A stretch of DNA of 63,157 nt, filler included, from Asterionella formosa (taxonomy: Eukaryota), in the NCBI GenBank assembly GCA_002256025.1. It is 16 parts of 16 records of this genome, joined end to end, with 100 filler letters (N's around TTAATTAATTAA, not from the genome) between each part and the next. Parts side by side here need not be neighbours in the genome. Positions count along the whole stretch, not along the records: positions 1 to 16,225 come from NKIB01005035.1; positions 16,326 to 32,526 come from NKIB01005042.1; 14 more parts are not named here. One strand, 5' to 3'. A program made the position numbers and the translations under genes. Below, piece after piece: positions 10,901-18,893 of the stretch. The notes beneath the pieces were generated by a model, which was not told the origin of the DNA, made no database searches, and saw nothing but the letters and a program-made list of their open reading frames with translations. Positions within the stretch are counted from its first letter, which is position 1, and each line of letters starts with the position of its first letter.

Positions 10901-12550
10901 CTCTCCAAGGAAGCCGTGATGCAACTCGAGAATACTCAAAAAGGAATGGAAGACCAACTCGCAGAGAGAGAGAGACTTGAGCATGTGAACGCAGAGTTAT
11001 TTGAAACTATAACGCGCGTGTCAACGGAACTAGAGGCATTGAAAACAGCACCGAGCGATGACCTACTGCGAGCTTTAGAGGAGCTTGACAAAGAGAACGA
11101 AGAGCTTTTAAGAGAGGCCGATTATCTTCGAAAGAGAAATGCTGAATTGGAGACCTCACTTGAAAGATTCTCTGTTGAGAAATCCATGCCTAATCAGTCA
11201 TTATCCGACATCTCCTCCGAAAAATTTCAAAATGGTCTCGATAGTCTTAAGCAAGAAAATATTGAGTTACGCATCGAGGTCAATGAGTTGCTTTCTGAGA
11301 GGGATGATTGGAGGACACTAGCTGATGTTGAGATTGTCTCGATACAAGCCATCCTTGAGAAGCAAAAAGAAGAATTGATAAAGGACGTCGATGCAGACTT
11401 TGTCAATTGCCTCAAAACATGGAACTCCGAGCTCCAGAAGCAGATTGAAAAGATGGCCAAACAAAGATGCGAAATTAAGTCTTCTTCTGGTCATTCAAGC
11501 CCCGAAACCTTTCCAATTGCCTATACAACACGATCATGTCCGACATCACAAGAAGAGCACGTCAGAGTTGCAGCCGAAACTAAAAAGTCCACGGCCACAT
11601 CTCGATGGAATTTTCTATCAAGCAACGATAAAGAGCGAGGGGTTGAATTAGACTATCGGGCTGATGCGACGAACTTAATGAGCCAGAAGGAAATTGAAGA
11701 TTATTGTAAGGAAATAAAGGACCTTAAAGAGTCAATCAGGAGACTCACGAGCGAGAATCTAAAAATTGTCTCTACGATGAAGGATGAAATGTATGTTAGC
11801 AAGAAGAAAGTCGAAACGCTCGAATCCGAAAACTCTGCTTACTTATTGAAGATACAGATGCTGGAGTTTGACAGGCAGAACATGATTTCCAAGTTGGCGG
11901 ATATCGAAGCCGCATCGGCATTAAAGCTTAACAAGATCTATTTTGGTACTGGTAAAAAAACAATCAAAGAATTGGAAGATGCTTTGGTGATATTAGAGCG
12001 GCAAAAGAAATTTGCTCAGTCTGAGTGCGAGGCCATGCAAAACGATTTCGACAACATGGCAACCGCCTCGAATTTAGCCACTGACAGATTCACAAAGGAG
12101 ATTGAACATATGAAGAAGATTCAAGGAGACTATGATGACAAGATCAGTGCCCTCGAAAAGATGGTGCTTGCAGTGAATCAAGAAAACGCCAGTCTCCGCG
12201 AAATGGCAGCTCAGAGAGCCGATGTGGTCAGTGCCGGTGGGTATACTGCTGCCAACTTTGCACAAGACGAAAAAGATGTCAAGATCGCGCAATTGCATTA
12301 CGAGCTTGTAAACCTTCGCATGAGACTTGATACTATTCGCCATGAAGACTTGAAGCAAGAAGTCATCCAGCTTGAAAAAGAAAAACTTCAACTCAAGGGT
12401 ATTTGGCAGGAAAAACTCGAAAAAACCATCCTGGATCACGAAGATATTGTGGAATCCTTGCAATTCCGTTTGCGATCAAGAGAGGAGACCATCGCTTTGC
12501 TCGAAGAATCTCTCGATCTGCAGCTTCAGAAGACTGCCATGGCGTCATAG
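4994..12550 (+). CDS. Giant (2518 aa) coiled-coil protein with disordered N-terminus
   Basis: Uninterrupted 7.5-kb ORF, E/L/K/Q-rich heptads, recurrent ERDxWK motifs and internal SNLSENE repeats. Confidence 0.9.
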   Translation: MKNKSPFQGKRRGMTSGSSDKYADLTGASPPRPYGEEDGGTFMNMGLKRQPASEPETLNDQKYNVPTSKLPAWMQTPNGSSSGGLLTPKTPKKSSVAGLSRVLGRGKVTNNLVHGSSSRNLLDDQSVASNSYHNELLTGLDSIEVNLILPGLGVIATQGMNPSKATKRRSNFESFKDISGNFPDSSIEAAVECESKSDPPENDEGDKSSNPTVVAKGKETYDTIAKEKPTKLEKIHELLVANKELKKVVQGHQRELFEKDKRLRELEKAQSRTGQRSGEEPTNNEKQVEALQALSSVSQKQHDSLLLAEIENKRMQKEIDRNQKESKQLKKELAAKKKESIGLEKEINANLTEILGLRKELSQTLQQLDNLEEEQDEDRSNIFFLTKEISQLRSGNPSEPADVIAMKEQLELSERNLKKKDRLIENQRKEVENKVGQIMQLKTELEQAEKKLEKSQDECERLKELSQDNPNVQNQLEDLNLLKLELEEVEAKLQHSQEQCNLLNNLARANAARQDQLKGSKIAFEESEEMNHAIKNEEAMNHLQVYKDRNLISSGKQELCDIESTAVDYDQLERDIELLQTALNEANYKNRELMEKNELLEGENLALVALRHAFKNAEEGKEEAEEKARKVVSELNTDVIKLQMSLSQSTEKCARLETEIGDLREELNRLHAGQEKWQRSTETAESHTQLFSEPVAEIQSAHREIFVFQVEIEDLRSKNSELEEQLNAVIDDRNDWRKAAEMAEMRADDLLPLVATIQNSKAEVILLREEVDELRNEKENLEEQARELSEERDAWKASAEDAGLGDAKSQAKASLVEEVQKELATLQSQSINRCQSNHDADRYIEELTSERDNWREAAEQAQLDLEDAREELNNMLPLYADAEELRRAMRQQEAESDESKKVIEHWRAVSETMQTQLVEAKSSLVRLEQQRSTETTTTKLELAETRTAISSLKVLLEGYETDLLDMKVKISELESELQDASRQRDEWKDIANVNDLGVSEGNRMFEMLQLECSELHAEVDTLREQNADFENEIKVIVFERVELQQKLDGTVTELLGSKSALEIIEKELYQIVQESSELRLLIENLETQLSNVTTERDIFEENHKRAIADVLTVTFTAQARNSEHQESISRTQQSLEELLTQKADLEGDLEVVVKERDGWKELAETAETDANEAHDLIASLEEKFNEFSVVENEVVELRQDRITLCSEIDDLRDERDALKASLARTQSNLSENEQQLNSKLSSLDDDLHLQTKKIKSLELIVGELREQTSGDASVIMALEIMLEKIQAENVEYKAQITVQEESISEKSNVKSAVAELEEQISNNAIVIKGLRSMQDDFKSTIEELQNDNTEYRAQIESMNRSIELAQSTFSENEKLLAAQLSCLEVDILTEKTKAVILQNSIEELEGQRETLTNTELEMRKELSSFKEEGEELRRQISMGTSAIATLDSRNNELEAMTVKLKNENNEYKTRIEELTAFLQIARSNLSENEKKLSDQLSALASELQAEKNKAQVMQSHVEELESQCEVLQSVEQEWRDEISTLNVEVAELRDQISCDATLISDLQTSKEYLQTSINALRIENTECMGHIEASKSNEYKIMLELSALRQEVTELHSQISDDAALISDFRSKQDDFESLVAKLQNENIECKVEIDELKGSLETAHSNLSQNERTLSTQVNNLESALQTERNNVSVLQKHNDELEADIVILRIAEQGSRGEILTLKGEVTKLHEKIISETTFISHLKAQNEITETMLEERQTEVSELEVQLEKQRSETNEWKSKVDASAVAALSTSAFLANTKEELAQSLARINALQKEVNHISKERDDWKHQSISESESAAKSVALLEDLEQAFKEECSQSFLVQVGELDQTIADLAAQIEELEKENEDLRHRNEGCISQIQIFARDLDEKNSDLDSPKAEFQAPSVHLKSAIAVELNLIKKEVISLRHRNGTYASQVEKLTKERDEWMISSRLSKEAVMQLENTQKGMEDQLAERERLEHVNAELFETITRVSTELEALKTAPSDDLLRALEELDKENEELLREADYLRKRNAELETSLERFSVEKSMPNQSLSDISSEKFQNGLDSLKQENIELRIEVNELLSERDDWRTLADVEIVSIQAILEKQKEELIKDVDADFVNCLKTWNSELQKQIEKMAKQRCEIKSSSGHSSPETFPIAYTTRSCPTSQEEHVRVAAETKKSTATSRWNFLSSNDKERGVELDYRADATNLMSQKEIEDYCKEIKDLKESIRRLTSENLKIVSTMKDEMYVSKKKVETLESENSAYLLKIQMLEFDRQNMISKLADIEAASALKLNKIYFGTGKKTIKELEDALVILERQKKFAQSECEAMQNDFDNMATASNLATDRFTKEIEHMKKIQGDYDDKISALEKMVLAVNQENASLREMAAQRADVVSAGGYTAANFAQDEKDVKIAQLHYELVNLRMRLDTIRHEDLKQEVIQLEKEKLQLKGIWQEKLEKTILDHEDIVESLQFRLRSREETIALLEESLDLQLQKTAMAS

Positions 12551-12777
12551 CCTATGAGTTAATGTGTAAAGCAGTTGTGCTCATCTATTACAAGCATTCA
12601 TATAGGACCACGACGTGATTCCCCGGCGCGCCCATGACTATTAGATCGCAGAAAAAATGAGGTGATAATGAAGCATCTGAACTGTGTAGACTTAATTCAT
12701 AGATGGAAAGGGATTAATTGATTTCACATGTGAATGATGCCATCTAAAGTAAACAAAAGGCCCTGCATCGTTTGATG

Positions 12778-14175
12778 TCATATTCTTTCTTCTTTACCGA
12801 GACCATTGTCGGTCCGTTTCAGTGATCCATTATAATTCATGCTGCTGGGTTCGCTATCATGATAATTTTCATCATCACTGCAAAGAAAATTTCCATGATT
12901 CTTTCCATATCCCTCAATAAAAGGTACTGCACCATCCGTGTCAACAGAGAAAATGTCAGTGTCTATAGATCGTCCTTCCCCGCCAATGTCTAAGGAGTGA
13001 AGTCCAACAGAGAACGGCAATGATGAAAGGGAACGAGGTCGCGGATCTTGGGGAAATTTCAGAAATACTGAATCAATGTCGCTTTCGTTATCTTCCCGTT
13101 TGTGGTGCTCTTCGAGTTCTTCTACAAGCAATTTTAGCATCATATTTTGACGTCTAAGTTTTTTGATTTCATCTTGAGAATCCTTGATATCTTTCTCGGA
13201 CACGTGCGTAGTTTGTCGCATCATGGCATCAAAACCATCCTGTGCGTTGCCTTTTCTAAGATCGAGTTCATATTCGAGCTGAATGATTCGTTCAACCTTA
13301 CTCTGCAGTAGGTTTAATGTCACTTCGAGCTCCTGATTTTGTTTTTGAACGACTTCCTCGAGAGAATTAATTTGCTTCTCTTGGCCTGATTCTCGGGCGA
13401 CTAGTTGTTTAAGACGATGTGCAGCCTCCCCCAATTGCTTCCCAAGCTTTGCTAGTTGAGATTTGTCTTGAATTCTATCTTTGTGAAGCTGGTCAAGATC
13501 GTTCAGGGAGCGATTGAGTTCTCTCTGAAGTCCTTCAATTTCCGCTGAATGAGTTTCGACACTTTTTTGCAACTGCATGCATCTTATCTTTTCGTCCCTT
13601 CGTTTCGCCTTAAGCGATTGAATCTTTCCCTTTAGCCTCTTGGAGCTAAGCGGCTCGTCTTCGTTGATCTCTGTGGTACCGATGATGGCATTTTCTGTCC
13701 TCGCAATTTCTGCCAGCTGCCGCTCATATTCTAAGACGAGTTTTCGCAAGCGTTCGTTCTCTTTTTCCAGATTTTTCTCGTACCCAGTAAAACCCGCGAG
13801 AGGAACGACTCCTTGCTCATTATCAAACCGAACCGGAGCATCATCAACATCAGAGTTAGAAGTTGAGGAGTAAAAAGTGATACTTGAGTCTTCCTTTTTG
13901 GGAGCTTCATTTAGATGTGTTTTAGGAGCCACGCCATTTTTAGTAACTGCAGGCATGCTTCCCCTTCTGCTCCCGTGAGCTGTCTTGCCATCCCTTCGAG
14001 CATCATGAACGGAAGGACTTACTGCTTTGATAATAGATGTACTGGCTCTCCGAGAAGTTTGTTCGGACTTCGCAACAGGCTCCTTTCTTGTGTCGTATTT
14101 GTTGAACGCATCTAGTATTTTTGAGTACTCATCAGGGTCCGCCACAGAACTGACCCCAACGTTTCTTTTGGGCAT
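12778..14175 (-). CDS. Coiled-coil protein, related to the N-terminal rod of the 4994..12550 protein
   Basis: 475-aa ORF with first ATG at 14175 (an upstream exon is possible). The central heptad region aligns by eye to the neighbouring protein. Confidence 0.8.
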   Translation of the reverse strand: MPKRNVGVSSVADPDEYSKILDAFNKYDTRKEPVAKSEQTSRRASTSIIKAVSPSVHDARRDGKTAHGSRRGSMPAVTKNGVAPKTHLNEAPKKEDSSITFYSSTSNSDVDDAPVRFDNEQGVVPLAGFTGYEKNLEKENERLRKLVLEYERQLAEIARTENAIIGTTEINEDEPLSSKRLKGKIQSLKAKRRDEKIRCMQLQKSVETHSAEIEGLQRELNRSLNDLDQLHKDRIQDKSQLAKLGKQLGEAAHRLKQLVARESGQEKQINSLEEVVQKQNQELEVTLNLLQSKVERIIQLEYELDLRKGNAQDGFDAMMRQTTHVSEKDIKDSQDEIKKLRRQNMMLKLLVEELEEHHKREDNESDIDSVFLKFPQDPRPRSLSSLPFSVGLHSLDIGGEGRSIDTDIFSVDTDGAVPFIEGYGKNHGNFLCSDDENYHDSEPSSMNYNGSLKRTDNGLGKEERI

Positions 14176-14714
14176 GGTGAGTTCAGGAAGGGACGACGAA
14201 AGCAAGGAGGGGCGTCGTGTTATTCTCCACAGGCCTTCCTTGATATGCTAACGGGCTCCCTCCTAAATAGTTACTCTTCCCGCGTTTCTATCAACTGCAC
14301 CTCTTACTTATAATAGAAAAAGGTTGAAATTACTTGATTGTTACCTAGCAACGTTCGTCCTCTTATAATATCAAAGTGGGTAATATGAGAACTATTCATG
14401 TACTGGCCTGCTTATTGGCTGTGTTTGGTGTCCACCTTCTCAGTTAGAAGCAAGTCGCAGATGCTAAACAATTTCCACCGGTGTTGAATGAAAATACGAT
14501 CTATCATCAGTAAAATAGTTAGGGCGTGGTCGGCCCACCTCGTAAAAGAAATGATCGGTACCTGGTACTGTGATGGGGAGTTTTGTACATAACCGTGGAT
14601 GTAAGCATGATACGAGTGATTGATGACCAAGCAAGTTTATGGTGCAGTCCCGGATACTGAAAGGTCCTTCTTTGTTTAGCGTCGGCTTCCTGATCCATAG
14701 ATTTCGGTTCTCGG

Positions 14715-14800
14715 AGTACCTGCTACCAGGTACCAGGTACCGGCAACGGAAATTACAGGTGCTGGTATCACTGTTGAAATACGGTACCGGTACCAGGTAG
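14715..14800. repeat. GGTACCW / TACCGGTA cluster
   Basis: taccaggtaccaggtaccgg and cggtaccggtaccaggta, upstream of the minus-strand coiled-coil gene. Confidence 0.75.
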
Positions 14801-15109
14801 GTGGAGTAGTAAAAAGCAACAGATTTTTTACAGAACCTTCCCGTGGTGGTACATACAGGTACTCCATGTACAATGCCTGAACGTAGAATTCAGAATTAAG
14901 GTTGCTGCATTTGAAACCCCAGCTCGAGGTAGGGTTAAGAAAATAATATTCAGTCAGACTAGTCAAACACGTACTTTACAAGTATAAATTAAAAATGTAT
15001 AACGCTCAACGGAGCTTTCACCAATTAACACCCTTTCCATATGCTTAAATACAGTCTTCGGACAAAGTAGGGGTGTAGGTTCACTCAATATATCGTCAGT
15101 AAATAGGAT

Positions 15110-15236
15110 CTGGTCAGAAACTGCAGAAAGGAACTTCGGTTTTTTAGCTATGCTAAAAAGACTCGAAATTTCGGGGGAAATCTGTTTATTTGGCATAGTA
15201 AAAAAACCGAAGTTCCTTTCTGCAGTTTCTCGCCAG
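15110..15236. repeat. Long inverted repeat (hairpin)
   Basis: agaaactgcagaaaggaacttcggtttttt (from 15116) pairs perfectly with aaaaaaccgaagttcctttctgcagtttct (to 15230). The stem extends inward through ctatgc/gcatag. Confidence 0.9.
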
Positions 15237-15782
15237 AAGTTATATAAAGATGCTATTTGAAAGTTACCTATGTATCTAAATCGTCTTCAGACCCAGCCAA
15301 CGTTTAGCTATCGTCGTCCAAAAACTCGACAAAATCGGCCTTTTCTACGGTCGCCATAATATCGGAATCAGAATTATTAAGTGCCGAAACGTCATCATTG
15401 GAATGGCAGTCGTGTGCCGGAATTTTTAGTCCTAAAATCTCCTGTTCGAAAAATTCCATTGTAAGTACCCGCTTCCACATATATAATATGATTGGTGAGC
15501 ATGAAGTACATTCCTCTGTTTGATTGGCCTGGTTTGCGAGGTCGTGCAAACCCACGCTGGCCACATTGGATTAACATGTAACATTTTCTTGGGTGTACTG
15601 ACAGTCCGGTGCTATATTCACGACGGGTACCAGTAGATGATCATCATTGGACATACCGGTACGCGTACCGCTCCTTGGGTGCACTTTCAAATATTTGCCG
15701 AGCCGCCGGGTCGTATACATGACCCATATTCGTCGATAGGAGTATACATTGTAGTACTGGTGTATGCACATGAAGCGATGTA

Positions 15783-16200
15783 CATCTAAGACGCGAAATA
15801 CGCCACTTTTCGAAATTTCGTCTACGTATGAGTGTTAATTATGTGGTACTTCACATGCATTAATGCCACTCTTCACGTAAAAAAGATTACTTTTAACGGT
15901 TTAATGTGAAGTTTTAACTGTTTCATGTGAAGTTTTCACAATGAATTTTGAACGCGAGACTGAATTAGTTGATGTTTCAAATAATTCATTTGACTTTTCG
16001 AAATTTCGTTTACGTACGAGTGTTAATTATGTGGTACTTCACATGCATTAATGCCACTCTTCACGTAAAAAGGTTACTTTTAACGGTTTCATGTGAAGTT
16101 TTAACGGTTTCATGTGAAGTTTTAACTGTTTCATGTGAAGTTTTCACAATGAATTTTGAACGCGAGACTGAATTAGTTGATGTTTCAAATAATTCATTTG
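15783..16200 (+). mobile_element. End of a CATCTAAG-terminated non-autonomous element with a ~188-bp tandem duplication and 21-bp subrepeats
   Basis: Starts CATCTAAGACGCGAAATA. 15805-15992 is duplicated at 15993-16200, and the (ttttaacggtttcatgtgaag) subrepeat number differs between the copies. Homologous to the reverse complement of ~29440-29615. Confidence 0.75.
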
Positions 16201-16224
16201 AAAGTTCAACTAAGATCCTGCTCT

Positions 16225-16325
16225 TNNNNNNNNNNNNNNNNNNNNNNNNNNNNNNNNNNNNNNNNNNNNTTAATTAATTAANNNNNNNNNNNNNNNNNNN
16301 NNNNNNNNNNNNNNNNNNNNNNNNN
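16225..16325. other. Artificial contig linker N-TTAATTAATTAA-N (first of 15)
   Basis: The same ~100-bp spacer, with stops in all six frames, recurs at ~32527, 33632, 34737, 51009, 52114, 53219, 54325, 55430, 56534, 57638, 58742, 59846, 60950 and 62054. Confidence 0.97.
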
Positions 16326-16439
16326 GGAGAGAGGCGAAGTACATATCATTTTATTATGCCGGTAGGTAGAAATGATAATACCGGGTAGCGGTTTTGTCAA
16401 CACGGTTTGCCATCGTTGATATCATAAGCACCGGTCTAC

Positions 16440-16695
16440 TAGCTGGTACTCCTACTGGTACCTGGTACTTGTATTTATAACGTTTTTTTTAATCATAATA
16501 TGAACCGTGTACCGTGTACCGGCACCAGGTACCAGGTACCAGGTACCTCGTATTACGGTTGAAAATTATGAGGTTCCGGTATCATAGTACACAATGTAAT
16601 TTCTCTATGATACCAGGTACTATGTAGTATCATAGTCTAGGTATGCTGGTAGACTTGGTACCTGGTACCTGGTTGGAGTACCAGGTACCAGTAAA
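16440..16695. repeat. (GGTACCW)n array
   Basis: caccaggtaccaggtaccaggtacc and ggtacctggtacctgg, 150-400 bp upstream of ATG 16844. Confidence 0.85.
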
Positions 16696-16843
16696 AGGTA
16701 TCTAAACGGTAGTCAAATTCCATGTTTCATAAAGACGCTCAGCTGATTGCCCGATACTACCGGTTTATTCGAAATCATCATGACCGACCAAAGCGGCCGT
16801 TGTACTCCTCCTCATTCAACATTCATTGTAGTTCAGCTTGAGA

Positions 16844-18784
16844 ATGGCCAAGCAATACAAATTAAATGGAGATAGAAACTGCTGGGGGACAGCGCGAGAA
16901 AAGGAGCGATTGAAAGCCCGCTATGACATAAGGCAACGCGTTTTCAAACAAGTAGGCGAAGCACCGTTCACACCGAATGGAAGCCCAAAGCAAGCTCCAA
17001 ACGACGAGCAAAGAGAAGAAGACAAGGAAAAAGTCAAGATTTTTCTTCGTCATGTCGAAGCTGGGGCTGTTTCTGCATTCTCTCTGTCGACACTTTCCAA
17101 GCACTTTGTCCTCTTGGATAAACCATTTTCAACGAACTTATTGTCAGAATATAAGATTAACTCTCTATGTGCTTCACGATTCGGAAAGGATTGCGCCGAT
17201 CAGATGCAGAAATTTTTCAAAGCACGAAAAACCTGCACCATTATGGAATACGCCAGTCTCTTGGGAGAATACAAAATTCTTGGTTCGCTCATCATGGGAG
17301 GTGTGGACCCAACTCAACGGGGCCAGGATGTGTCCCTAACATCCCTCTGCCCCCTGTACGACGAACGAATGAAAGAAATATCTGCTCGAGTAATGCGACG
17401 GTTCTTTGAAAATTTCCCCCTTTCTTTAAAGGCATACATTATTAAGCGAGTAGTGGATATGAGAGTAGAAGCTTCCCTTGAATTACACGCGCCAGAGGGG
17501 TGTGCCCTTTGCCATACCAATCATCAATTGATGTTGAGATTTGGAACTCCTTGTCGACATAGCTATTGCGAACCATGTTTCTGGAATAATATGTTGGAGA
17601 ACGTAGACAATAGAGCTCAAGGGGATGTTGTGCTTTGCCCGTCTTGTGGCCAGTCAAGTGGCAGTGTAGTTGGAGTGTCACAAAATCACACGAAATATGC
17701 AATGCTAGGGGGAACACCATTGGAGCGAAATCAAAAATCTCTCGCGCTGTTCGAGAAACTTCCTGCCAACACTCGAGAACTGAAATCCAGACCGAAGAAG
17801 AAGAACTACAGAAAAGATGTTCTCTCCGCAACTTGGCATGATGCTGTCGCTCGATCATTGGGCTCTTCGAGGGATGTCAGACGGGACAAGTTCTTTAATT
17901 TTGTGGAACATAATGCATATTACTTCGTCAGAGGATGTCTAGAGGAAGGGATGGACACCAATGTGGTCAACGAATATTCTCAAACTGGTCTCTACCTGGC
18001 GAGTTGGAAAGGCTACAAGTCGATTGTGCACTTGCTTCTAGACTACGGTGCAGACGTAAGCATCATGGCCAATGGCGGATCCAACGCGATTGATGCAGCA
18101 TCCTGGAATAGGCACCATGAAATTGCTTCGATGCTACTTGGGTTATCCTTTCCTTTCGGTGAACGTGATACCGGCTTGACTTGTTTAAAATCTTCCACCG
18201 CAGTCAATTTGTCTCGGCCTGTGGCCAAAATGTTGATTGATCCAGAAAAAGAACACCCTGGGGCGGGGTCATGTATAATTGATGACACTTTATCTGCGAG
18301 CGAAATAGGAAGATTGATTAGGATGTGGCAGGTTATCCCGGCTGATGTTTCTGATAAGAAAAGTATGGGAAAATGTTCTAATCGGCACTACTTCTGTGAT
18401 GTGGCAGGTAGAATACAGAAAAACCTTTCAAATGCTATTTATCAAGCCGGGGTCAGTAAGGAAGCCCTCGTCTTTCCCCATATGCGATTTTTACACTATG
18501 CCTACCCTGGTACTAGTTTGGCCCCGCATGTGGATTTGTGCAGGGTCGACTCTGAAACTGGAAAACGCAGTACTCACACCTTCATATTGTACCTTCAAGA
18601 CTGCGAGTCTGGTGGAGAAACCGCTCTATTGGAAGACTTATCTGGTACATCGACTCTTGCGCTGGTTGAACCAAGGAAGGGTCGATTGCTGCTATTTCCG
18701 CACAGTTGTCCCCACGAAGGCAAACAAGTCGTTACAGTCCCGAAGATTCTTCTTCGAGGCGAAGTATGTTTAGCTAATTGTTAG
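16844..18784 (+). CDS. RING-like zinc finger + ankyrin repeats + prolyl-4-hydroxylase-like 2OG-Fe(II) oxygenase
   Basis: RING: CALC...CRHSYCEPC...CPSC. Ankyrin: QTGLYLASWKGYKSIVHLLLDYGADV. Oxygenase: HVD...TFILYL...GGET...GRLLLFPH..PHEG...KILLRGE (HxD...H triad). First ATG at 16844. Confidence 0.88.
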   Translation: MAKQYKLNGDRNCWGTAREKERLKARYDIRQRVFKQVGEAPFTPNGSPKQAPNDEQREEDKEKVKIFLRHVEAGAVSAFSLSTLSKHFVLLDKPFSTNLLSEYKINSLCASRFGKDCADQMQKFFKARKTCTIMEYASLLGEYKILGSLIMGGVDPTQRGQDVSLTSLCPLYDERMKEISARVMRRFFENFPLSLKAYIIKRVVDMRVEASLELHAPEGCALCHTNHQLMLRFGTPCRHSYCEPCFWNNMLENVDNRAQGDVVLCPSCGQSSGSVVGVSQNHTKYAMLGGTPLERNQKSLALFEKLPANTRELKSRPKKKNYRKDVLSATWHDAVARSLGSSRDVRRDKFFNFVEHNAYYFVRGCLEEGMDTNVVNEYSQTGLYLASWKGYKSIVHLLLDYGADVSIMANGGSNAIDAASWNRHHEIASMLLGLSFPFGERDTGLTCLKSSTAVNLSRPVAKMLIDPEKEHPGAGSCIIDDTLSASEIGRLIRMWQVIPADVSDKKSMGKCSNRHYFCDVAGRIQKNLSNAIYQAGVSKEALVFPHMRFLHYAYPGTSLAPHVDLCRVDSETGKRSTHTFILYLQDCESGGETALLEDLSGTSTLALVEPRKGRLLLFPHSCPHEGKQVVTVPKILLRGEVCLANC

Positions 18785-18893
18785 GTTTTATCAGCATATT
18801 TACCTTGTAGAATGACAACCGAGCCCTCAAGTCAAAATGAATTATTAGCTATCAATCCCCTATTGCTTCATGCCATGTTGCTTCATGAATGAC

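Noticed and set aside
5464..12618. Numerous antisense and alternate-frame ORFs inside the giant gene and other CDSs
   Set aside because: These are shadow ORFs expected from the codon bias of the real genes.
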